Source of the DNA: Botryllus schlosseri
Taxonomy: Eukaryota
Length of the DNA stretch: 64,000 nucleotides
Assembly (NCBI GenBank): GCA_051294905.1
Contig: CM119371.1
Span: 10,480,001 to 10,544,000, forward strand
Direction of reading: 5' to 3'
The position numbers and the translations under genes were made by a program. Below, one piece after another: positions 26,169 through 39,300 of this stretch; the first letter of the stretch is position 1, and every line of letters starts with the position of its first letter. The notes beneath the pieces are model-generated. The model was not told the origin of the DNA and made no database searches. It worked only from the letters and a program-made list of their open reading frames with translations.

Positions 26169-27026
26169 ATGTCTGCTCCATCGAAAGTATTACTGGAAGA
26201 TGCCTTCAACACGAAGAAAACGGTGGAAAATTACATTCAAAAGAGACCGCGTGCATTAGTACATATTCCGGTTCGGCTTATCATTGAGCGGCTCAAGCAA
26301 TTAGGGAAAGTAGATCAATCGTCCAGATGCCTACTTGATGTGGGGTGTGGCAGTGGCGAATCAACCAGATTGTTGGCGAAAAACTTTCACCATACGATCG
26401 GAGTAGACCCGAGCGCCCCCATGATTTCGTACGCCATCTCTTTCGATAATGAAATTTCAGACATTGAGTTTAAAGTTGCAACTGCGGAAAAACTGCCTAT
26501 TGAAGACAGTTCTGTCGACGTTATTACAGCCATGTTTGTTGTACACTACGCCGACCTCGAAAAGTTCATTCCCGAATGCAAACGAGTGCTGAAACCAAAC
26601 GGCGTGGCACTGTTTTACCGGCATCAGATATCAAAAATACTGTCGGCTGAAAATGACGCTCTACCCGTAATAGATGGGCCGGTAAAATGATGATTCGACA
26701 GCTTTTGAGAAAAGGCGAGACAAATGTCGCACCCGAGCTTTCACACATATGAGCTCCACCAAACGCAATTTGACTCAATCAACTGGGAAAAGAAAAGCAG
26801 AGAGATAAATGAGCTGGAATTTGCGCCTGATTCCCAATGGACTCTTGGCTCATGGTCTCGCTTCTATCATAACCTTCCGTTCTATCAAAAAGCGGGTAAA
26901 AACGGCGTGAATCCAGTTACTGAACTCGTGCAAGCTGTGAAAAATACCTGGTCAATGCAGGATAGGGATTCCGACGACATCAAAATTAGAGTGGTGTACA
27001 CGACGGCGATGATTATTTTGGAATAG
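26169..27026 (+). pseudogene. SAM-dependent methyltransferase copy 2, with a -1/+1 frameshift pair giving in-frame TGA stops (pseudogene or sequence error)
   Basis: Same 858-nt length as copy 1 and highly similar protein. One base lost near 26684 and one gained near 26708 give AAA TGA TGA TTC GAC AGC TTT TGA. Confidence 0.85.
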
Positions 27027-28566
27027 CAATATGTCAAAACATTCAATGATAAACTAGTAATCTCTTGCTCATCTCATAGTGTAAAATTGTGACAAAATTG
27101 CGTGAAAAGAAATGAATACCAGTTCAGGAAACATCATGCGTCATCATTTAAATCGGTGGTTGGTAGCCTGTAGTAGTCCGGCTAGGTCTGTTTCACAAGC
27201 TCTTTTACTTCCTTTGGAGATTACGTGAAGCTTCGGAATTATAGTGGTCAAGATAGCCGAACAAAAATGAATTGAAATTTTTAAAAAATTATACGAGTGT
27301 CGTTATTGGAAACATGTATGTTACTTCGAAACATAGAATCTTTCGATGAGAGCTTTATTATTTCTAGATTTTTGATATTTATTATTTTCAGTTTCGAAGA
27401 CCCTCGCCCTAAAAAAGATTTTGAACCGGATCCCCAGCGAAAGAATTTGCACAATTCATCAGTCGCACGTGCTATCCCCCATTCATTTGCATTTAAGAGC
27501 CTAGACATGCAATATTTAATTTACATACTATGCCTTATATCCTACTCCACAATTTGTACTTTTGGGGAAATGTATATGGTTACAGTATTGTAAACGTACT
27601 CAAATTGTCACGCACTATCTCAGAATAAAATAATTCCCGGGAAACACCGGATACAACGTTGTGCTTCGTACGGAAGGTTGATAAGAACCGCCACGCTGTT
27701 ATACTCCCGTATTGCATGAATATATGTGCGTGTTATGTAATTTTAATGCATTTTAATTTATGTCGGGCACGATAAAGACTATATTCCGTTGGAACGGTTA
27801 CAGCAAAACCTCGTCGTGTCGTGGTCTCAGTGTCTAGAAGACAGGCTGTCGCGTGTTACGTCAAAGTAATATACGTGGTCAGGTCCGTCGGAGAAAGATA
27901 TCCGCAACGAATTACGCAACGTAACCTTCTGGAGTCAGATTACACATCAACAGCACCACAGAACATTCGGAATACGGTATATCTCTCCTACATTTGGTTG
28001 GAGCATACTGCAATGTTCTTGTAGACTTGTTATCAGGAGATCGAAGCAAGATATATTAAATCAGTTTTTCTTAGTCTCTTTCCTCAGGGGCCCCTGTTCT
28101 AATTTGGTAAGGTCTGACGCCCCACTCATATTTTAGGGACTGTAGTGAAAAAACAATGGGTCCACGTCCAATCGGTCTTTTCGGGTTAGGACTTCACCAT
28201 TGCAATTAGCTTGAATCGCGCTCGAGAACCACTCGACTAAATAACAACATATTAATTGTATATAACAATATATCAATTGTATGTGCTATATTCGGGATGG
28301 AATCGAGGTTATTGTTATAACAACCATCGGTTACGGGCTCATACCATCTGATTCGAGCCCGATGATGTATACACATCCTAAATTCATCTCTCTGCGACTG
28401 GCAATAAGGGGACGGCTGCAAATACTGCACCCAGTTAATAACTTTAACATGAATGTATTCCAAACAAAGCATCTGTGATGTACAAAGGGTTCCCACTCTC
28501 AAAAGTGACACAGTTTTCTCTTTGTTAGGTTTTGACACGCTGAGAGCTGCGGGATGAAATAGCTAG

Positions 28567-29561
28567 TGGGGATGGTGTGAACCTCTGAAAGGTTCAGGTT
28601 CGTGTGAACGCGAACCTTTTTGAAAGGTTCTGTGTGAACACGAACGTGAACCTCGTGACATCATGTTGCTAATTCCAACCCTATCTTCCAATGAAGTGAT
28701 AGCCTATATTAATGCACACGATACCTAGCGAAGACTCGGTCCACATAATGCCACAATGCTGAAGTAGGCCTACATATCGGCGTTTTAAACGTCGCTAAAT
28801 GTATCAACAGCAGTAATCAAAGGATATAATAATTGCGTAAAATCAATACATTCCGTCGCTTTGCCAACAATTTCGACGAGGACTTACCAAGGAATATAAG
28901 CTTTACGCTTTAACGGTCTTAGCCAGACCGGACAATGTGTTCGGAGTCTGAGTATTGCTACATTGATATTGAGCAGAGTGTACAACGGGTTTCAATACTC
29001 GCTACTAATACCACAAACAACAACAAGTTATGCAGCAGTAGCAAGCACCTTAATCGCACGGATTTTGTTTTAATGATACAGTAAAGATGTGAAGTCAAGA
29101 TTGACCCCGTACGCCCGTTCGATTTTTTACATCAGAAGACGATATCAATGTCATTGATTGGTTGAATAAGCATCATTCGCTGAATACGTATATCGCTCGT
29201 GATGTTGTGTGATTGCGGGTCAAGCTCACAGCAGATAGTCACTAAATATTCACAAACGGAAAGCTGGTTATTCCGAGAAAATTTTTGCAACAAAGCAACT
29301 AAAACTTATAAGGTTGTCGAGGTGCATGGTGGATGCTCGTTAAGCGTTGATTTTTTATGCTGCCAGCACCATGCATGGAGTGGCCCGCAGTTGAAATGCT
29401 ATAAATTTGAGCCAAAGATCTTATAATGGAGTGAAAATTACAATTTACCAAAAGGTTCACAGTGCAGAACCTACCAAGGTTCTGTTGTGAACACGAACCT
29501 CTAAATTTCCGAGGTTCACACACAGAACGCGAACGTGAACCTCACGTTCACACCAACCCTA
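28567..29561 (+). mobile_element. TAGGGATGGTGTGAAC-family MITE, full-length (~995 bp)
   Basis: TIR TGGGGATGGTGTGAAC...GTTCACACCAACCCTA; perfect 8-bp TSD ATAGCTAG. Confidence 0.9.
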
Positions 29562-31401
29562 ATAGCTAGTTCCAAATATTTTGTGCAAAATAACCCTAGC
29601 CAACGTGACGGGAGTATTTTAACGAAGTATGGCCATCTAACAATATGACCGATTAATTTGGGATGAATTATAATAAACCACTACATTCTTGGAAACAAGT
29701 TGCAAACATTGTCGGCGCATGTTTCGCGCGTAGCGCAACGGAAAGTTCCGAGATTTGACTGATTTTTCGTGAAAAAGACAGCAGCCGCAACTGGTGGTTC
29801 GGCATCCTTCTATCTGTTGATTACATCGCATTGTACATTGTGCGTGTCTTGTTCAGATGAAACTATAATCTGACGTTTATTAATATTGATTTCTCAGGTA
29901 TTTATGAAACTTCATGCTATTCGAAATCATGAGCGCCATCTGGCCATAGCTCGGAAAGTTGTGGAGAAAATCGACACAAAATAGAACTGCGCCAGAATCG
30001 AAAACAAGCATAGCTGATGTGTGATGCGGCGAGATTTTAATTATATAACATTTGAAATATTCTACGTTGTTAGGTTTTATATCCTAATTCTATTCGATAA
30101 TGTGATGAAGTATATTATGGAGTAAACGTTTAAACAACCACCGAGTTTCATGGCGAAATCAGATCTATCTTCTATCTATCTTAGAATCTATCTTAATCGC
30201 AAATCATTACGGCTTCTGGATAATAGATAGATGTTTACAACCAGTTTTCCTGGTCTCAATTTTGCCTTCGAGAACATGCATTCGATGCAGGTCAGATGCG
30301 CGATGTTTACTATTTCTCAATGATACGCGTGAAAACTGCAATCATACTAAACATGGTCATGATTCTATGTTCGCTATTAACTTAGATAAGTTGGAGCAAG
30401 CCAGAACAGATCTTGGCTGGACTTGGATATGAGACGTAGTCGTATTCGGGTTAGTATACACGGAAATCATATATGTATTACGAAATGGCAGCAATAAAAT
30501 GATAACATATTTTAATTGGGCTAGTGCTTGACCAGTTGATACAATATCGACTGCATGCCGTAGTAGGTACGGGCATTGATTAGAACCCATGTACCGCATA
30601 TATATATATTGAAATAAAATTGGATAAAACAACCATTGCTAACTAGAAGCACGCTTGTCTACTATAAAATATTACACTTGTTTAGCATCTTGTAAATATG
30701 ACCAAAGAAACAGAATAGCCATAAAAAGGCACAACAAAAAGGGAGTCGGAAACAAGACACCGATCGCGGAGCAGAGATTATTCATCAAGACACGCACGCA
30801 AGCTGTGCTAAATATTATGAACGCAGCTCCACTTACTGTTAGAATGCAGTACGATTTTAAGCGAATGGAACTGGTCAAGTGGGCAGTTGCAGTTATTCCC
30901 GATCCGCGGTGTTTCAGACAGATCCTCAACGCAGAACGGGTGGATGTTACCGTCAGATACGACACATAAACACCAGCGATGTTGTTATAATGGAAGCTAG
31001 CTACTGAACCAGTGAAGGCTAGGATCAAGAGTGAAGAAACGCAAATTATTGTCCGTCTCGGTTTAGAATATCGATCAAGAATTTGACCAACTATAGGTCC
31101 CGCAGCAGTTTCTGTTACGATTCCAATGATAAAAAGCAACCCCACAAATTGATCATTCAAATAGGGGAATTGTTTCAAAATCAAAGAAGATATAAGGGTG
31201 GCGCCGTACGCTCTGTCAGACATCGCGAATGCGTACAGTATAACAAATATCGCGTATGGGCGATAAGTGAATAGAAATGCCACATCTTTCAGCTCTCTTT
31301 TCATGCTGTAAGTCGGTGATGTCTGCACCAAGGGAGTTTTCTCGTTTAGTGCTTGATCATTAGGTAATTCGCCATGTTCGCAAACAGGCGGCTTGTTAGA
31401 C

Positions 31402-33356
31402 CAGAGTGTACTCAAAGGTGGTGTGGACACAGAAAGAAATTCTCTCGTTCACGCTTCGCTTGGGTTGTCAAGATTGTTATTTTCGATCCGTTTTCAGTAC
31501 TGACTCAGTGCAAAAGTCGGTATTGGTATATGTCGATTTTGACGATGTTTCATATTGATTTGGGTGACAAGTTTTCGTATGGTATATCTGGATGATGTAA
31601 TCTAATACTGTACCAAGTTTCAAGGTCTTCACTTTATGATTAGGGCAGTAATTGCGTTACCGAAGTCAAGTATGCTATTGTCGATCCGTCTGAAACAGTG
31701 ATTTGACGTAAACGTAGGTATCGGTATGTGTTGATTTTGACGATGTTTTATACCGAGATGGGTCCCAAGATTTGGTATGGTATATCTTGACGATATCATG
31801 ATATCATGGAACACTGTACCAAGTTTCAAGTTTCTCACTCATGATTAGGGTGGTAATTGCCTTATTCAAATCGACTAAGTATAAGTGTGCGCGGCCTACG
31901 CATTGCCGATTTTACGCAAAACTGGCTATTGATATGTTTTGATTTTGAAGGTATTCTATACGTAGTTGGCATACAAGATTTCGTATGATATATCTTTATA
32001 TTATATCAGCTAATAATGTACCAAGATTAAAGTCTTTCACTCATTGATTAGGGTAGTAATTGCCTTACCGAATTCGACAATGCCTAGATGAGAGTCAGAC
32101 TGAAACTAGGCTACCGCATAACAGATTTTACGCAAAAGTCGCTATTGATATGTGTTAATTTTGACGGTGTTCTATACGTATTTGGGAGACAAGATTTCGT
32201 ATGGTTTACCTTCATTATGTCAGCTAACGATGTACCAAGTTTCAAGGCTATCACGCATTAGGGTATAGGGTAGTAATTGTCTTATCCGAATCGACTATGT
32301 ATAAAGGTGTGCGCTAAACTAAAATTAGGCTACCACATAGCAGATTTTACGCAAAAGTCGCTATTGATGTGTGTTGATTTTGACAGTGTTCTATACGGAG
32401 TTGGGAAACAAGATTTCGCGTGGTATATCTTGATTATATCAGCTAACGTGTCAATTTTCAAGGCTGCATTTAACGATTAGGGAAGTAATTTCGTTAGCGA
32501 TGAGTACACCCCAATCCTTGAGTTACAACCCTAAAACTTGAATCAGTGTTGGATGACATCATGAAGATATACCATGCGGACAAATGGACACCGGCCAGTG
32601 CCGGCTTTTGCGTAAATTCTGTTATGCGGTAGGCTAGATTCGAGAGGCCAGACGCTGCAGCTGCAGGTCTCTACATAAACGGTCGACTTCGATAACGAAA
32701 TTACTGCCCTAATCATGAAGTGAGGACCTTGAAACTTGGTACAGTATTAGATCACATCATCCAAATATACCATACGAAAACTTGTCACCCATATCAATAC
32801 GAAACATCGTCAAAATCGACATATAATAATACCAACTTTTGCACTGAGTCAGTACTGAAAACGGATCGAAAATAACAATCTTGACTACCCAAGTGAAGCG
32901 TGAACGAGAGAATTTCTTTCTGTGTCCACACCAGAGATTAGCGGATTTGGAATTTCTATGTCCTAATCCAATCCAAATCCGAACCTTCAAATCCAAATCC
33001 TAATCCATAACTTTTTCATATTCAAGTCCATGTCCAATCCTAATCCGATTCCAACTGGAAATTCAGAAAAAATACTAATTTATGCAATGGAGGGATTCGA
33101 AAATTTTCTTTCACAACCAACAATTCAATTGATTCAAGATAACTTAGTAACCATAAGTACATTAATAACTGATCTGAATAAAGTTTGTCGCCATTCGCCA
33201 CACGACATTTCAATCTCCCAGAAAATAGGTAAATCCGATCCAAATCCTAATCCGTTCTGAAAAAAATGTCTAATCCAAATCCGACAAAATTTCACAAATC
33301 CTGTTTTTTCAAAACCTAATCCTAATCCATGCTCATCTCTGGTCCACACCACTCTG
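31402..33356. mobile_element. Foldback-type non-autonomous DNA transposon, 7-bp TSD (P-superfamily-like)
   Basis: Ends CAGAGTG...CACTCTG; TSD GTTAGAC (31395-31401, 33357-33363); ~250-bp inverted terminal regions; internal ~200-215-bp tandem units (TGTACCAAGTTTCAAG...GATTAGGG.AGTAATTG). Confidence 0.75.
32932..33341. mobile_element. CAGAGATGAGC/ATCCAAATCC-family hAT-type MITE (410 bp)
   Basis: TIR CAGAGATTAGC...GCTCATCTCTG; perfect 8-bp TSD GTCCACAC. Near-identical inverted copy at 51013-51439. Confidence 0.9.
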
Positions 33357-36300
33357 GTTAGACACAAAGCATATTACCAAAACGCAACAAAGTAACGACA
33401 TTACCGACAATGAGCCGAATGTCGAAGCGAATACAATTCTAAATCTGCGATCAATAATTTCGGAAGTTGTTGAGAATATCGATATTTGCTGAAGCTCATA
33501 ATGGCTATACCTCATCCCCATTGCTCTCGTAGCAACCAAGTTAGACATCAAAGATGCTAGCCGCCTTGTAGTCGATGACATTGCTGTCGCTTTTCCTCTC
33601 TCATGCAAATGAAACCAATTCACGGACACTAGCTGTGCTATCGCTATTATAACTCCGGCAGCGGAGCCGGATAGAAACATCCCAGCAACTAAGAGTCCAA
33701 ATATTCTTAACAAAACTCCCATTGTAACCAGTAGAGTGGCGAATCCATTTAAGACGCAAGCTAGCAACGTGATTTGCCGAAGGCTGATCCAACCACCGAT
33801 CACGCAAATCACCACAACGCTTGAAAGTCTACCGACGAGATTGGCGATTGCTTGCAAGTCAGTCATGGCTGGATTGATTCTGAAATATCTCGACGTGATA
33901 TCGTTGACAAATGAGAAGGATCCGAAACCGAAGACATCCAATACTGTGATCAAACACACTATCAATGAAATGACCCATCTTTTCCCCACGACTCGGTGTC
34001 TTTTCCCGTCCAACAGGAACGTCTTGTTGGTTTCGGAATCACGATCACTATCTTTAGACTTCATAGCAAACACTACACCTGATGTCACTCACTCGGTTCA
34101 GTTTCAAATAATTTTCCTCAACGGCCAATGAATGTAGCAAACGAAATGTCCTATACCAAGCTACGCCAACGATGGCTTGAGCAATACGCACGAGTGGGAT
34201 CATTCGTGCCGAGACGGAAGGAAACAGGAAGAGCCGACACTATGAATATTGATTGCTGTGAAATTGGCCGATGATAGCGTAGCGATGAGCGTATGTGCCA
34301 TCTACGCAGGTTGCCCGTGTTCAAGTCCTGCCTTCTCAAGTCCCTCTGGACTTCTCGTCCCCGTGACTGCAGTTCCAACGGCTACGAAAAAGGTCAGGAA
34401 AAAAGATCCGATGAAGAAAGAGAGAAAAGAGCATTAAATAATGTATAAATTCACATACCAAGATAGATTACAATCGAAATGACTGTAACATCGGGCACCA
34501 GTCCGATGTGGGTGCTAGATTAGGAAACTACAACTTGGTCGTTTCGGAATCCTCCTATATGTTCATTGCATCGCATTATGTCTTGTCCATCGCATTGAAC
34601 ATTGTGAGTAGTCCTATGTGTCTTTGGCAGATGAAAATATAATCCGGCAATGACACTGGTCAATTTCGAAAAAAATTGCGCTAAAAATTTAATGCTTGAC
34701 TTAGGCTAATTTAAGGTTGCCAAATCCGATTCAGTGCTCAGAATTTCTCTATCGGCACGTCAGATTGTTTTCTAGATGAATTTCTCTCATTTTCATAAAT
34801 AAATCAGATTTCGGCTTTCGTTAGTGACATAACAGTAAGCATACAACAGCAACAGATCGAATGTTGTTATTGAAATCATCTATCAAGAAATGTTAGTTGT
34901 TGTAGTACAGAATGAGTGAGTGTTCGGTGAACTTGAATCCAATGATTCTTCATCTTCGTTCAATCAGAAGCTCTTATCGACCCATAAAATCGCACCGGTC
35001 AACAAATTTCAGAAATAAAATTGCACCAAGAGTTTTAATGATTAGGCTAATTTTAGGTTGCTGAATCCGATTCTGCCGTCAGAATTTTTCTAGCACGTCA
35101 AATTTTTTCGGTATGTATTTTGTTATTTTCATAAATTAATCAAATTTCGGTTTTCGTTAGTGACATCACGGTCAGCGTACAACAGCAATAGATCAAATAT
35201 TGTTATTGAGATCATCTATAATTATGAAACCCGGGTTGTTGTAGAACAAAATAACTGAGTTTTCGCTGAACTTGAATCCAGTGGTTCTCTATCTTCTTTC
35301 GCTCAGGACCTCTTTTCGGCCCATAAATTCATATGAGGATACAAATATTTTTAGTCGGTAGCAGTTATCATCTTTATATGCTACTCTTCTTATAAAGATT
35401 TCGATTAGTAACTCCGTACCTAATTTAGTTCCATACGTTATCTATCTTTATACATCCGTTCTGCAGATTTAATCGGTCAATGCATGTTGTGACAGCACAC
35501 CATTCTTTCGTAAAACGTAAAAATTTGCAAACAATAAACATTGTGTTGTTGGTATATTATGTAGAAGAGAATTGTTCACTCGCGTACATGACGCTTTAAG
35601 CTTGTGCTGAAACAATAAAAGAAACAGGCTGTCTGCTTTTCGAAAAAAAAAGTGCTTTTCATGATAACTTGAAAGAATTTATAAGCATTAATCTCCACCT
35701 GTACTTATCATGCTAATTCTTTTAACATTTTATTGGAATCGGGTAAAGCTGTTACTGAACTGTTTTTCTTTTGGTGTATTGCCATGATATAAAGGGCTTC
35801 TTTTGCATTGTCTATTATAGATAACCAGATGAATAGAGACTGCTTACTAACAGCTCAAACGAAACCTGATATGCGTGATACTTCACAATAGAAATAACTA
35901 TGCTTCGGTTCTAGGACAGTCGATCGCTCTCGACATAGGACATTCTATGGCCGACACTCAATAACACGTGTTCTATTCTGTAATAGAGCCAGAGATTAGC
36001 ATTGGTTAGCATCGAGGCTTTTTGTTAGTGTTTTGCATGATTAAACGTCAGATCTTAATACAAAAGGGGGGTTCCTGATTTGGGGGTTCCTGATTTGCCG
36101 TAACATTTTACTATGAGCTAGAGTTGGTTGAAGTGATCAGCGTTGCTACTCAAGTAACATAAGTAACGCCTATCATTTCTACTCAATTACAAGTAGAATT
36201 AGTCATTTCTAAGACATGTTAAAACTACTTCAAGTAGAAGATGAAATGGAAGGTCTGATAATAACTGAAAGTCAGTAAATATATAAGTATATATTGGTCT

Positions 36301-39300
36301 GGGGAGGGTGGTCGTATACCTTCAAAACGTAGTGGAGGTGGCTGCATACGAAATTGCAAGATGCATCGCTGCATATAACGCAAAATGACTTTAATGATAC
36401 CACTCATTGGTAGAACCTTCGAAAACAATATATTCAGTTACCGTTATTCAGAGGCTATTTTACACGTTTCGTATGACAATTTACCTCATGATAGTGGTGC
36501 AATATTATCCTTGAATTACTTTCTACTTTACAAAAATCAAATTGCAAAAGTAATTAGTTCATTCAGAATACTGTTCAGGTAGAAGTTGAAGTAGTTGTAA
36601 AACATTAACACTTCAGTAAGTACTGCAAGTAGCCAAAATCTACTTGAGTACCTTAAAAAAGTAGAAATATTCAACATAAATAATATCCCAAACACGCGAC
36701 GTGATGGAACAAATATGACGTCAGATTCGTATTCAGCGACCCCAAATTAGGTATAATTCACCCAAAGAAGTCCTGGCGCAAGTAGTTAGTATGATCGGTC
36801 GCGAACTAGCGTTGTCTCTTATGGGTGCACCCGACCGGTGCCGCGAAAACTCGTCCTGAACCGGTGACCCTTTCAGACCCCCCTTCCACCCGACCGGTGC
36901 CTTATGAGTATAGGGATCTCTCGACCGGTGCCTCGAAACTCGTCTTGAACCGGTGACCCTTTTCGGTATAGGGATCACTCAACCGGTGCTAGTATAGCCA
37001 TCTCTCGACCGGTAACCCTTTTCGGTATAGGGATCACTCGACCGGTGCCGCGAAAACTTGTCTAGAACGGGTGACCCTTTTCGGTATATGCATCTCTCGA
37101 CCGGTGTTGAATATGTATCAAGTAAATAGTCATGTGACTGAATCTTTGTTAATGTGTATATCGTGAAAACTCGTGGTCGTGACTCGCCTTTTTTACTATA
37201 GGTGGTGGCGGTGATTCGCCTGCCGTGTATTCTTACGGGATCTGTGGTGACTCGCCATGTGTTTTTATGGGTGCGGTCGCATGCGGCTATTGTGTCTTAT
37301 GGGTGCGGCCGTGAATCGCCCTTTCGGTATAGGGATCGCTCACACGGTTCTACATGAAGACATCGTAGTTTAGTCGTGACAAATGACCGATCGTGTGACC
37401 AATTTGAAGTAATCCCAACGTTACGGCGAGTGCGACAATGATATATCGTTATTCTTATGGGTGCGGCGGTGATTCGTACTTTCGGGTATAGGCTGCGGGC
37501 GGAATGTCGTACTTTCAATAAAAAAGGCGTGAAAATAGTTTGCAAAATCTAGGAATTACTCGCATGGTAATGTTTGGGTAATTAGATTACCACAGAGCCG
37601 GCGTAGACGGCGATTCGAATATCAACAATAACAACGGTCACAAATTAACACTTCAAATAGGTGTGAAATAGTTTGCAAAACCACGCGATCGCTGACAAGA
37701 TATTGTCTCGGACATAACCATCTTTAGCGACTTGGTGTTACAGGCATATCGATCACTCACGCGGTGAAATTTTCGTAAGCAGTTTGGCACAGAACTTGAT
37801 TTCACTCGTAAGATTTAATAAGTAACGAATAACAGACCGCCAGTGTCGGTAACTTGAATAGCGACAAATTGTCACTTATTTCCGCTCTAACCCTAATCCT
37901 TTGTGAAGTGAACGCTTATTCAAAAAGGTGTGAAATAATTTTAAAATCCAACGACCACTCACCGGATAATGCTTCAGACATAGCGATCGCTCATGATTTG
38001 GTGTTACAGACATACCGATCGTTCACAAGGTAATATTTCCGCAATAAGTTTGTCACAGAGCCGTCGCAGACGGTGATTCGAAAACCAACAATTTGACACT
38101 TTCTGGAAGTCGCTATATGTTTTGGCACTTCGGAACAGTGAGTGACTTTAGTTGTATGATAAGAATCATGAAAATATTCAAGCAATGTATCAATTTGTCA
38201 ACTTGAAATGTAACTTACTACACAACTCAAGTTGATTCTTATCTGAATGTGTTAATTTGGCACAACTCTAATTCTTTTGAGAAATCCTAATAACGCGATC
38301 TGTTGAATCGAACGTAACCTGAATATTACTGACGCCGACTTTCAGCCACATCAAATTATTTGCACATTCCGAGTCGCTGTTTCACGCATATAGAATCAAT
38401 ACCAACTAGCTCAATGAGAATCAGGAATCACAAGTATACACACACAATAATTATATTTAATACTGAGAAATCAAACGCTTAACAAAAACACGCAACTAAT
38501 CATTTACCAACTCTAGCATTACCAAAAAAAATTCAGGCATTGTTAATTGAAAATCCTTGAATCCTTATTATCAAAAAATGTTATAGTGCGGTGTCGGAGT
38601 CCATTCGCGGGGTGTACTAAAGGTAAATCCAAATAATCCAGAATGAAATATTTGGACTTTGACATTGCGTGAATTGAAATATGTTGGACAAACATGACTA
38701 CCAATTTTCACCCAGTCACATTTCGAGATTATACGCACATTGATTTGAAACAAGTAATGAAACATTACAACTCTATTCGCGACCTGTCTTTACGTTTGTC
38801 AAAGAGAATTTCAGTAATTACTATCGCGATATTTTAATGTGTTACTACTCACAATAGAATCAATCAATGAAATATCGCCAATTGTTGTAAACATTTCCAA
38901 CTTGACAACCGCTTGCACATAACACGATCGAGTTGCAATGCGATGAGTTGAATCGGAATATTTCAACCTACTTTGTCATATCGCGATTTGAAGTAGGATT
39001 GCCAGACAGGCTGGGTAAACTTTAACTCCACTGCGTTTCAGATTAATTTATTCACACGATCATCATCTCGCTGTCTTCACACTTACACAATCGCGTGCTG
39101 TTACCACTCGCAACTTCGGTACGATATTTCAACTTGTCACAATAACTGATTATTCACATGTTGATTTGAAACAAAAGAAGCCTTGAACAAGTTATCTGGG
39201 TATTTTTTTGTCACAATTGAGTTAATGGAAATAGTATTACACCTCGAAATTTTAACATCTCACCATACTCAAAAGAGTCAATCATAAAGACCTTGTCAAG

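Larger units (their letters stand above)
30672..34064 (-). pseudogene. MFS transporter (SLC49/FLVCR/DIRC2-like) copy 2, intronless ~476-aa ORF split by a 1.95-kb insertion
   Basis: ATG at 34064 (MKSKDSD). Many hydrophobic TM segments and the motif SVNWFHLHERGKATAM, typical of SLC49. Removing 31402-33363 joins ...ICFVSN to KPPVCEH... in frame, matching FVSDKPPVCEH in copy 3. Confidence 0.85.

Noticed and set aside
26688..26708. Selenocysteine or readthrough at the in-frame TGA codons of methyltransferase copy 2
   Set aside because: Alignment to copy 1 shows the TGAs come from a local frameshift of ATG ATG...TTG, not from Cys-equivalent positions.
33030..33260. NPNPNP-rich ORFs (also 50830-51335)
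   Set aside because: Translations of the ATCCAA/ATCCTA repeats of a MITE.
33736..34131. Conserved plus-strand ORFs (also 57445-57936, 18806-19033)
   Set aside because: Antisense shadows of the MFS coding sequence.
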